Source of the DNA: Microthyrium microscopicum
Lineage: Eukaryota
Reading direction: 5' to 3'
Assembly: GCA_010405405.1 (NCBI GenBank)
Contig: MU004231.1
Coordinates: 1,999,860 to 2,063,859 of the forward strand
DNA: 64,000 nucleotides
Numbering within the stretch: the stretch's first letter is position 1; every line of letters begins with the position of its first letter. The notes under the pieces were generated by a model. That model was given only the letters and a program-made list of their open reading frames with translations, did not search any database and was not told the DNA's origin. The position numbers and the translations under genes are program-made. Positions 11,916 to 22,543 of this stretch are shown one piece after another.

Positions 11916-13385
11916 TTAGCTATACGCTGCCTCAGACATAAAAGGACTCCTCCTTCGAATCTCCCGTCCCTTCCAAACAAGCACAATAGGCGCAAAGCTA
12001 AGCACTAGCGCTACAAAACCGAGCAAACTACTCGCCCACTGAAACCCCAAATTCGTATACATAGGCAGTGACGCCAAAGGTAAAAACGCAGCGAACATAT
12101 TCTCGCCAAAACACACCGCCGCACTCGCACTGCCAGCGTACTTTGCGTATGCATCTGTAATATACATCATGATAGCTTGCATAACAACCACGCTTCCACA
12201 GCCAACGATAGCTAGACCAACGGATGGTAATATCCAGTGGAGATGTGAGTAGCTAGTCCAGCCATACCAGAAGAGTCCGCCTGCTAGACCGATAAAACTG
12301 CCTAGGATGCTGAGGTAGAGGCGGACTTCGGGAAGGTTGGGATTTGGTGTAGTTTTGTCTGTTTCGAAGGCTCGTGCGAAAATGTGGTTTTGGTAAAGGC
12401 AGATTATGAAGCCGAGAATTTCTCCGATGACGATTGATCCTTGGACTAAACCGGCCTGATATTCTTGCCAGTTGTAGAGTGTTGGGTATACTTGGGTTAC
12501 GCTTTGCGTGGAGATGAAGACGATGCCGTAGGAGAGTGCTGAGAGGAGGGTGAAGAAGAATACAACTGGCTCTGTGCAGAGAAGCTGTGCGGGTCTGGCG
12601 ATGTTGTTGTATAAGAATACCTTCAACCCCTTTGCAGTACCCAAAGAATGCGCTGGGTGCCTACCTTCCTTGTTTTTACTCCGCTTCGACAAGATGACAT
12701 GCCCTCTCGTCTCCCTCATGAACACCAGAACCAGCGGCAATGACACCCCATAAATAACAAGCTGTATCCAAAATATCCATCGCCATCCCAAACTACTAAT
12801 CACAGCACCACCCATGACCGGCCCCAAAGTCACACCTACTAGCAGGCAAAACACATAACAAGTCACCGGCAAACTACGCTGCACAGCATCAGGCCACACA
12901 TCCGCAATGATCCCATCCATAACATCCTGCAATACGCCACCACAGCACCCACTGAAGAAGCGACACACAATCAGCGTGGCAAAGTTACGTGCCACAGCCT
13001 GCGGTATCACGAAGATGATAAATAGCACATATATCGTGATATAACCAATTCGCATGCCAAAGTCTTCAAGGATGGGGAGGACTATCATGGGCGCGAGGGC
13101 GGCGCCAACGGTCCATGATACGACTGGCCAGTAGGAGTGCGCGAAGTACGCGTCTGAGATGGAGAAGTGCTGGTTTATTGTCTCCGAAGCGGTGGTCATT
13201 GCTGTGGCGTTGAGGCCGACTATGAGGGTTACGTAGCAGGCTGTTAGAGTGAGGGCCCATTTTTTGGAGGGAGGCCAGTTGAATGGGTTGGCGGGATCGT
13301 GCGGATTGTCCCATTGAGGCTCGTCTGAATCTATGCCTGGTGGTTGGTTTCCGGTAGATAACTCGGGTTCAACGGTAATGCCCAT
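11916..13385 (-). CDS. MFS multidrug transporter, DHA1 family
   Basis: WDNPHDPANPFNWP N-terminal motif, about 12 hydrophobic segments, GWRWIFW, ETR, LCTEPVV and PEVRL motifs. Confidence 0.93.
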   Translation of the reverse strand: MGITVEPELSTGNQPPGIDSDEPQWDNPHDPANPFNWPPSKKWALTLTACYVTLIVGLNATAMTTASETINQHFSISDAYFAHSYWPVVSWTVGAALAPMIVLPILEDFGMRIGYITIYVLFIIFVIPQAVARNFATLIVCRFFSGCCGGVLQDVMDGIIADVWPDAVQRSLPVTCYVFCLLVGVTLGPVMGGAVISSLGWRWIFWIQLVIYGVSLPLVLVFMRETRGHVILSKRSKNKEGRHPAHSLGTAKGLKVFLYNNIARPAQLLCTEPVVFFFTLLSALSYGIVFISTQSVTQVYPTLYNWQEYQAGLVQGSIVIGEILGFIICLYQNHIFARAFETDKTTPNPNLPEVRLYLSILGSFIGLAGGLFWYGWTSYSHLHWILPSVGLAIVGCGSVVVMQAIMMYITDAYAKYAGSASAAVCFGENMFAAFLPLASLPMYTNLGFQWASSLLGFVALVLSFAPIVLVWKGREIRRRSPFMSEAAYS

Positions 13386-13840
13386 TGTCGGTGGTTTGCG
13401 GCATGTCTAGCCGATAAAGGCTACGTCGGAATTGTTGTTGGCCAAAGCATGTTCGACAGGTAATTCATGAATCATTAGCCATGAATAAAAGAGTCCGTTG
13501 CAACATATTGCAAAGACCGCATCGGGTAGTGAGTAAGAGAAGAGAAGATACTTTGATAGTTCCTTCCATTTTGGGCTTAGATCGACGCCATGGTTTTGGA
13601 GATCTTAGAGCCTCAACCTCCCAGCCACCAACTTTTCCAGCCAACAACAACTTCGTGCCCATCGAAATTGCAATTCTGCATCAATTTGTACAGCAGGAGA
13701 GTATTGAACATATATATTGATCAAAGCTGTCCTAGTCACTTACAACGCTACGCGCGAAAACTGCGATGAGCCTCAGGGGGCGCAACATTCGCATGGTAAC
13801 CAGTTCGCGTCATTGACAACCTTCCCCACTATATTTATAC

Positions 13841-13883
13841 AGGCTCACATGGCTCGACATGGCTCGACATGGCTCGACATGGC
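13841..13883 (+). repeat. 10-bp tandem repeat (GGCTCGACAT)x3 plus one degenerate copy in the MFS/rds1 divergent intergenic region
   Basis: Directly visible: ggctcacat ggctcgacat ggctcgacat ggctcgacat ggc. Confidence 0.85.
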
Positions 13884-14293
13884 AAAGTGCAGAAGCCCAT
13901 GTTTCCCGAGACCCAGACAATTTTGAGGCTCGATGGAGATTGACATGTAAATCTCATCTTTTACGCTGCAATTGCCATGCTTTGACACGCATGCACTGAC
14001 TAACAGCAGTCCCGCCCACAGGAACCCATGGTACCTCCCGTGCCTCCGGCAGGAGAAGCATGCCTTACACTCCCTGACTCTCTTGTCGTACGAGTCTTTG
14101 CTTCCCAGAGTACCAGTGTATGACGACTGCTTTAATATTGCTGCTCAGAGGTAGAGCTTTTTTTGTGGTTTGCGTCATGAGTAGCTGGGTGAGGCAATCC
14201 ATTGAGTTGGCCACCAATGTATAAATCAGCGGCACATATCTGTCGCTCTTCGCGCAGTCACTTTATTCCCACCATAAACTTTAGATTTTAATC

Positions 14294-15847
14294 ATGTCTC
14301 TACGACATCTAATCACTTCCGTGTGTCTAGCTGGCTTGGCTGCCGCTGCACCAGCACCAAAAGCTCAAGTGCCTGGCTACGTCGACGCCAGTGCTGGATT
14401 TCCCCAGACGCCAAGTCCTCTTGGTTCTCTGGCGACTGTTTTCGGTCCGGATTCTACTGTAGCAGCAATTGCAACAAGTCCTCCAAAGGGAACAGAGTCT
14501 GGCGCGGCGCCACCGCGAGTTTCTTCTGATCCCACAGGTCACACCAGTCATGGACCTTTCAGCGGAACTGCGACAACGACAGGTGCTGTAACAAGGGCGT
14601 TTTTGGCATCCTCGATACCTGCACTACCACCGAATCCGACGGCAACTTACTACAATACCGATGGCTACCTTCAACACGATGAGCCAGCACCTTACACCCC
14701 TGCCGGTAAGAATCAAAGAACTCTCCCCAAACATTTTATCTAATCAATTCTAGGTGGACTGGGAACCAACGGCACTGAGCCTCGCTATATGGTTGAAAGC
14801 GATTTCGATTTCGAGTCTATTGCTCTTGGATTATACCAAGAATGGATCGAGCTGGATCTATTCAACAATGGCTTGGCTGTCTTCTCCGCCGAGGACTTTG
14901 CTGCAGTTGGCTTAACAGCAGAGGATCGTGCTCTTATTGCATTCATGGCTCAGCAAGAAAGTGGACATGCAACCCTCTTGACGAACATGCTTGGGCCCAA
15001 AGCACCAGTGCAGTGTACCTACAACTACCCTTTCACCAACGTTCGCGAATTCATCGACTTCAACCAGAAGCTTACCCGATGGGGCGAGTCTGGAGTTTGG
15101 GGTTTCATCAACCATCTAGACTCACGAGAAGTTGGCCAACTACTTTCCCAATCCATTGCTACCGAAGCTAGACAGCAAATGTCTTTCCGCCAAATGCTCG
15201 GTCTACACCCAATGCCCGTCTGGTTCGAAACAGGTATTCCCCAATCCTGGTCATGGACATATCTCGCTCCCTATATCTCCTCCTGCCCGGAGAACCAAAC
15301 TCGCCTAGCATGGCAAAACTTCCCAGCTCTCCACATCCTCAACCAGCCCAACCCCAACCGTTTCTCACCAAACGATACTGCCTGGGCGGAAGTAACCGGC
15401 AATCGCACATCAGATCCAAGCCAAGCCAACATCACCGAGTCCGCTTCCTGTGTGCATCTTAACACCACCGGCTACGGATGTGGTCCAGGTATCAGCCATA
15501 ACCGCTCAGAGCCACTCTCATTCGCTGGCAAGAAAATATACTTTGCATGGGACGCACCAGGCCAGGCAGTGGGTCCAAACAACAGCTATACTACATCGAC
15601 TTCAGCTGGAGCCCCGACGTTTGTCGCTTGGGTTTCGCAGTTGAACTTGACTTATACACCCCTGACTGTCACTGGAGAGTCTAGCGGATTTACATATCAG
15701 CCTGCAGGCGAGGTTTATGAGGGAGATCCAGCTGTCAACGGTACCATGTTTGTGGCTTTGACTGATACTGATCTATTTTTGACACCGTTCAATCTTAGCA
15801 TGATCAACCCTCACGTTGCGGCCCTTGGTGTGTACCAAGCTGGTTAG
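14294..15847 (+). CDS. rds1: Rds1-like secreted stress-response protein with a ferritin-like domain
   Basis: Signal peptide, then intron 14706-14753 joins ORFs 14294 and 14789. Motifs SDFDFESIALGLYQEWIELDLF, MAQQESGHATLL, LTRWGESGVWGF and IATEARQQM. Confidence 0.88.
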
Positions 15848-16790
15848 AGCGTTGTTGTTACATCAAAAATCTCGTCCCTACATAAAACTTCATGATATAG
15901 TAATAATAATGTAAACGTAACAATAATACAACATATACAAGTCATTTAACGGTGTATAATACATAATGCGCGTCCATTCGTGACACAGTACATAGCCCAA
16001 TGTCCGAATGAATTCATTGATAATCCATCATCCCCTATCACGATTGTTGCATTATGTGTGACCCTTGAATTGTCTGTGAAGGATTTATATCCATGATACC
16101 AAAGATGGTTTGTTTCAGCATCTGATAACTCCACTGATTTTATCGACGAGCTCAGCTGCACACTAAATACAAGAAAATTTCATCGTGGAACTGCTTGGGG
16201 CCGATCTGGAAATCTGTTCGCGAAATTATTGGGATGGGCATGTGAAGTTAACAGAATTGACAGTCATACTCAACATAGGTGCTCTTCACTTCTCGTACAG
16301 TCCTAAGAGGCGAGTTCACTGTGTAGATGTAGATCAACTACCTACCATTGCCGGTAATACTCCAAGATCGTGGCTGCTCTACCTTTTTGACTTGCATCTC
16401 TAGCTTCGTGTATATACCTTCCAAACCCCCAGAACCTATTTCACTCTGGGTTCTTCATGAAAAATTTTGATTGTGAGGAAGTTCTGTCCCATGTCACAAC
16501 CATTGAGAAAGCAACAAGAAATTTTCCCCCTAGCTACCTAATGGTAGTTTACCAAGATATGGCAGTCTATTTTTAGCAGGCGTGCTGGCTCCAGTTTTCC
16601 AAAGTCTGTGGTCAAACACTCTCGACTCTCAAACGTAACTTGCACAATATTCCTACTCCATCTGTTGACACAGGTAGCTACGACATCTTGACATTTGTTC
16701 TCATGAGTTACTCAGTCTTGGGCATTCAACTTCGTTCTTGTTGCTGAAAGTTCTCTAATACCTGTACATCTAATATGAAAAGGATTGATG

Positions 16791-19433
16791 TAGTGATGCG
16801 CGATCGGTAGAGGTGGTTTAACCAACTCTACCGCCAAGCCCTTAACATCCAATTAGCGTTTAGCAACATCAATAGCCAAAAACACGATTATTTTGAAGCT
16901 AAATTAAATTACCTTCTATATAACTTTTGGTGTTGCAAAATAGCTACAATTCTTCGTCTGAACCTTAAGTTTCTCTCTATAACTCGCGAATATAATTTGT
17001 AGCCCTTGCCATAGCCTGTTGAGTGCTCTCTTTAATAGCACGTCTTATTATCTTAATATCTTCTTCCTCTTCTACTATAATAAGATTTAACGACTAATGC
17101 TTAAAGAAGCGATCATTAAGATCTTTAACTTTAGGTAGATCTAGATTATACTAACAGCGCGGTATAAATAGCAAACTACCAACGTGATACAGCCCTAGTT
17201 GTACTACTAACTAATTAAGCTTTTTACTATTTATGAAGCCAAAAACTAGCATATTTACTTGCTTGCCAGTTAATCTCGTTCGTTAAAGGTTCTAGATCCA
17301 ATTAACTACTAAAAACGCTCTTTCTGACGGTATAGAATTAGCTGTAGTTTCAAATAGCCTAATCGCGACGTTAGAGAGCTTTGGAACTGCTATTTGAAGA
17401 CATTCCTAAAAATGTAATAGTTTTTGGTGATCTTAAGCTTTAGCACTATCTGAAGATGTTAAAAATACTCCTATTCGACGTCTAAAAGCACGGAATTCAT
17501 CGCTAACGAGCGAAATCTCTTCCTTAGCTTTATCTCTCTCTTCTTTAGAGGCACCAGGACGTGCTTTGAATCAATTCCTTAGGGCTTGAGATGCCGTAGC
17601 ATATTGCCGTGGAACTAATGTTTTAATAACTGTTGAAGGATCTAGAGCGTGTGCTAGATTAATATCGTTCGTAATTTGAAGATTTTGTCGTTCTTTTAAT
17701 AAGTGAAGAAGTTTAGCTTAAATACTAGTGATATTGTCTATCTTAGGGTATTCTTTGTGAAGATCTTACTAGGTAGTTCTGATAGAAGACTAGCCCTTTA
17801 TTACTTTACCTAAGTAATACTGTAGCCCTTTTAATTGAACCTAAGCGTCGTGTACGGGCTTTAGGATATGAGATAGGAATCTATAGTTCCTCTAAAAGAG
17901 TAGATTCTTTATAGTATTGAATGCGATCTTATTCTTGTTTTTGACGGCTCTAGTATCTCTAGGAACTTTAATAGTTCTTGTAAAAGAATCTATAGCTGCT
18001 TTGCTACGTTCTAGTGATTAAACTAGACTAAATTGAGTTCTTTAGCGAGTAATTACTGATAATCCTATTCCGTACGTCTTACTAAGTTAACGTCGTTAAA
18101 TATCTTGAAGCATACTAAAGTATAGGGGCCTAGATCTAAACTAGGTTACTATCTCTTAGATTTAATCCTAAGTACTCTTTAGGAAGGGAATATCGCCTAA
18201 AATATCCTTAATTAGAAGCTAAAGACTATAAGAATCGTATAGTATTATTAAGCACTTCTTAAAGGCCTATTCTAAGTGTTTTTTAAGTATATTTTGGACT
18301 ACACGTATAGTAGGACACGTATCTAAAGCGATTAAATTAACGCGCAAGAGATTCCCCTCTGTCTAACGATAAAGGGCATCTAGTAAGAGGTAGGCTGTAG
18401 CTAAAGCTATTGAGTGTACTCTACCTAAATTAATGATTTTAAGATAGAAGGAACCTAAAGTAGGTATAATAATATAGAAATTAGCTATCTAACGACTAGC
18501 TCTATTAGTGCTTTTATCTAATAAGAAGTTGAGAAGAGGCTAATTTCATAGTACCTCTTAAAGTAGTAGAAGATCCTCGTTGTAAATATCTTTGACTAGA
18601 TCTGGCATCTAGCCTCTCTATAGAGATAAGTAATTTGACATTCTAGCTAATCTTATAGATTTAACTTTGTATTCATAAGTTGTTTAATAGTAAGATCTAT
18701 CAAATATGCTTATAGGAAGCCCTTCTCTTACTATTTATTATGTATAGCGGTGATCCTATTTGATTTGCATTTATATACGTAAATTAGCTATATTTAACTA
18801 AGAGGGAGCGATAGGAACTATAAGACGTTGAATATACCCTTCCTAGATTAAATGTTACTCTATATGCTCTATATTTCAAAAATACGTTTAAGGATAGTAT
18901 TTATAGATAAATTCTAGTAATTTTGTTAGATCTTAATAAGGAAGCATATTTTAGTAAAGGAGAATCTCTTACTTTCACTATTCTATTCGATTTAGCCTTC
19001 TTAGAGCTATTTTTGGTAAAGAAATAGTACAGTGATTATTAAAAAAGGATCAAATATTGTAGTATTTTTAAAGGTAAATTAGACTTGCCAAAAACCTCTC
19101 CTTGAATCTAAAACGTATATCATTATAAAGAGCTAAATGAGAAGAATACGTATATCTAAAAATTATTATGGTTCAAGCTATAGTTATAAAGTGCTTAGCG
19201 ATTGAAAACTATTAGATTCTTTGGTAGTTTAGGTTAAAGTTGGATCCTAAACTTTGAGATAGATTTTAGCGCGCTAACCCCAAACTAGTAATGATTATAG
19301 GTTTTAATGCCATAATTAGTTATTTATACTAATTAGATGTAGTTAAACCAGTGGTAGAAGTTAAACCTGTTAATTACGGTGGTTCAACGGCGTTCGTAGT
19401 ATAACCGATCAAGTGAGAAATACTGCATCACTA
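16791..19433 (-). mobile_element. Full-length hAT-superfamily DNA transposon inactivated by RIP
   Basis: 9-bp TIRs TAGTGATGC (16791-16799) and GCATCACTA (19425-19433), flanked by an exact 8-bp TSD GATTGATG (16783-16790 and 19434-19441). Minus-strand remnant at about 17216-17400 reads PKLSNVAIRLFETTANSIPSERAFLVVNWI*NL*RTRLTGKQVNMLVFGFIN, resembling the hAT C-terminal dimerization domain. Interior is AT/TpA-rich and has no long ORF. Confidence 0.93.
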
Positions 19434-20074
19434 GATTGATGTTCTAGCTGTGCCCAACGATAACGCTTTCTGTGGGTGCTGCCATTCAGCTCATCGCATA
19501 TCTCCTCGATCTCGATCTATATTCCATCCCAGCACTCAGGCGAACCATGTAACATGGACTTCCTGTTTGTCACGGATCTTAAGTATTGTTACTGTGGGGA
19601 CGAGTTGCGTGTTATGAAGCTCAGCATTAGGAGAAATCTCCATACGTTCAGATTTACACTTCTGATATGTGGTGCCTCAATCACAAGTTTCACTAATGGC
19701 GGTTAGATATCCCCCAGCTCATTCTCTTAGTGCTATCAGACTCTGCTCGAATCATCAACTTTCCTCAGCTAAGTCAACGATGTTCCTGCAATTGACCAAT
19801 AGTGAACCGGCGCAAATGCATTTTTTTGGTACAGACCCCACCGCGTACCCATGGTACTGACATGATAGCCATCAAATCGCTTTACCCACAACCAAAAATA
19901 GATGATAAAAAGTAGAAAGCATATGGCAGTGAATGTCTTGGAAACAGTGTCCTCTTGTTTTCCTTTCCCTTTCCATCGCGGCACGTCGTTTACCACCCAT
20001 TGTGTTCATCGCCTAGGAAACAGGCAGCAACTAGTTCTTTCCAGGTTTTTTGTTGAGCGCACTTATTTGAAAAG

Positions 20075-22090
20075 ATGAAGCAATCAGCATTGGCCGTTTC
20101 GGCCCTTGCTATTGGGGCATCTGCTTCTGCCATCAAGCGAGAGCTTGGTGAGCGCCACAAGGAATGCACTTGGAGCTTCTATGCCGAATCCCCTTCGTGG
20201 AAAGGCGCTGTTGTTCAGATCACAGATGGCCAGATCCAGATCCATGAATATCAGGGTAAGGGCGATTGTTACCCGTTCAAGGTTGAAGGTGGATACATGA
20301 AGGATCAGAATGACTTTGGCTGCATTGTCACAGAGCCACAGAAGCAGATTCAATGCGATCATGGCAATCCTGGTAAGTCGTTCCATGGTTTTCGGGCTTT
20401 GATTTGTTTGCTAATATTCATGCTTTTTCTTGCCAGGCCAGGAGGGATTTTCAGTTCAGAATCACAACCTTGCTTATCATGGCAGTGAATGCATTTATGC
20501 CTGCCCCATTGATGACAATGGTAATTGGAACATATACACTGTCCCAGTGCCCAATCAGTTGAAGTGTGTTGAGGTGAAACTGCACGGAGAATACAGCTGT
20601 GACAAGAAACCAGAGGTACGACTCCCCATCCGCACATGCTGTAGCATTGCAAAGACGATTGAGTTGCCAATGACTGCAAGACCAATCCAGATGCTAACTT
20701 CTGCCAGCACCAAGGCTGGGACGACAAATGGGGTGTCCACCATGACGGCGACACTGACGACGAAACCGACGATGAGTCCGAGCATCCCAAAGGATGCCAC
20801 GAATGCTCAGACTCTGATTCAGACTCTGATGACTCTTCTGACGAGGATAAGCATGCGTGCTATAAGACATGCACCGTTACCAAGCACCATACCGATCACC
20901 ACACCAAGACCAAGCTCAAGACTGATTACAAGACCAAGGTCAAGACTGATTACAAGACCAAGCACTATACCGATTACAAGATCAAGCACAAGACTGACTA
21001 CAAGACCAAGCACTACACTGCTACTGTAACAGAAAAGTGCAAGGATTGTGGTAATCATTGCCATCCAAGCTGCCACAAGCCCACTGAGAAGCCAAAGCCA
21101 AAGCCAAAGCCAGACTGCGAGAAGCCAACTGGAACCGGCAAGCCAGGCGCGCCATTCAGACCAGGTAACAACGAGCCCAACAACTGCAATCCACCACACC
21201 CGCATCCACCAAATCCTCCTCCAACACCAGCAGCGCCAACAAAGGCAGGTCCTCCACCACCAACAGGCAAGCCGTGTGGCTGCCACCACGAGGACCATGA
21301 ATGCTCCCGAAAGTGCAAGACCACAACCGCAACCAGCTACACCACCGCCATGGTAACCGTGACCCAGTACCGCCCCATCCCTTGCAACAAGTGCCAAGGC
21401 CAACAACACTGCTACGAGACCTGCACCACCGTCGCCACCGCTACTGCCACCACAACCGTCTATGAGCCATGCAAGCAAAAATGCGGCAACGACTTCAAGT
21501 GCTACGACAACTGCCACCAGCCCCGCCCAACCTGCGGCCACCAAGGCGGCTGCGGCAACTGGGACGAGTACGACGGTTCCTACGACGCCGGCTGGGGCTA
21601 CAAGCCACGCCCACAAGGCTACAACGGCTACTGGCCCTACGACCAAAACCAAGGCCGCCCGCAGAAGTACGGCGGCTACTGGAAAGGCGACTACGAATCC
21701 GGGGAGGAGAACTGCGGCAACTGGCCGTACGAAGAGCGTGGCCTTTCCGAGCGCGCCGTATCCGAGGCTGGCAGCATTGACGAGATGATCACGACGTTCG
21801 CTGCGAATGCGACGGAGCTCATTGGCCATAAGCGCCGCTATGGCGATTGCTGCAGCAAGTGTGACTATCGGGGAGATCCAGAGCCATGCCACAATAGGTG
21901 TGCGCAAAAGGAGTGCGAGGCCAAGTGCTACAGAAACGGCTACAGGAATGAGTGCTGCTTCCGCAAGTGCAAGCTTTTGTTCCCGGCGCCGTGTGTGCCA
22001 GAGTACAAGTGCCCAAGACCCGGGAATGAGCACGAGTGCCACAGGTGTGGTTGGGGACATCACCCGTCTGCTGAGTTCTTCATTTATTAA
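20075..22090 (+). CDS. Secreted modular cell-wall protein (619 aa): PIR-like N-terminal domain followed by acidic, His/Lys/Tyr-repeat, Pro-rich, Gly/Tyr/Trp-rich and Cys-rich modules
   Basis: Exons 20075-20372, 20437-20615 and 20708-22090 with canonical introns; exon 3 is in frame with ORF 21350-22090. Signal peptide followed by AIKR, PIR repeat QITDGQIQ, and a four-Cys PIR-like block (GCIVT..QIQCD..YACP..NIY..C). Confidence 0.85.
20879..21028 (+). repeat. Coding 24-nt tandem repeat encoding (T/I)K(H/L/V)(K/Y)TDYK
   Basis: Repeated aagactgattacaagaccaag units; translation TKHHTDHHTKTKLKTDYKTKVKTDYKTKHYTDYKIKHKTDYKTKHYT. Confidence 0.85.
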
Positions 22091-22543
22091 AAGGTTAGGT
22101 CTGGTTGTTTGGTTTGGAGGATAAGAGGATTTTGAAAAGATGTTGGGTAATTGTCGAGTAGATGTTGCGTAATGTAGCAGAAATCGATTCGAGTTCATTG
22201 ATTGAAACAACGCCTTCGTGACTATTGTTGGTATCGTGATGCAAACCAGCGTCCTTGTCTTCGCTCATGTATAAGAGCCGCCGAAAAGCCCCATCAGCCG
22301 GGTCCTATGTCCAAGCTCTTGCAAAACTCACGATACACCACGAAGAAAGCTTTAAAGAGCAAATCATTATTGTGTCATTACCCATCCCCAAACGCTATGA
22401 TCAAGCCCTTGTCCCTCTATCGGGATATGCAGGGCCTGTTGAGTCCAATTTGTCTCTGCCTGCTGAAGAAAAACAGTCCAAGTGTATTCCTTCATCGTAC
22501 CAAGAGAAACCCTGCCTATGAACCGAAATGTCGATTTGTGCTT

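Noticed and set aside
2759..15847. Secondary-metabolite cluster (SDR, TF, lipase, MFS)
   Set aside because: There is no backbone enzyme (PKS, NRPS, terpene synthase, DMATS) and no RiPP-modifying enzyme in the window.
20819..22210. 463-aa minus-strand ORF and alternative-frame plus-strand ORFs (21048, 21462, 21469, 21807)
   Set aside because: These are shadows of the codon-biased, repetitive exon 3 of the secreted wall protein and contain no domain-like content.
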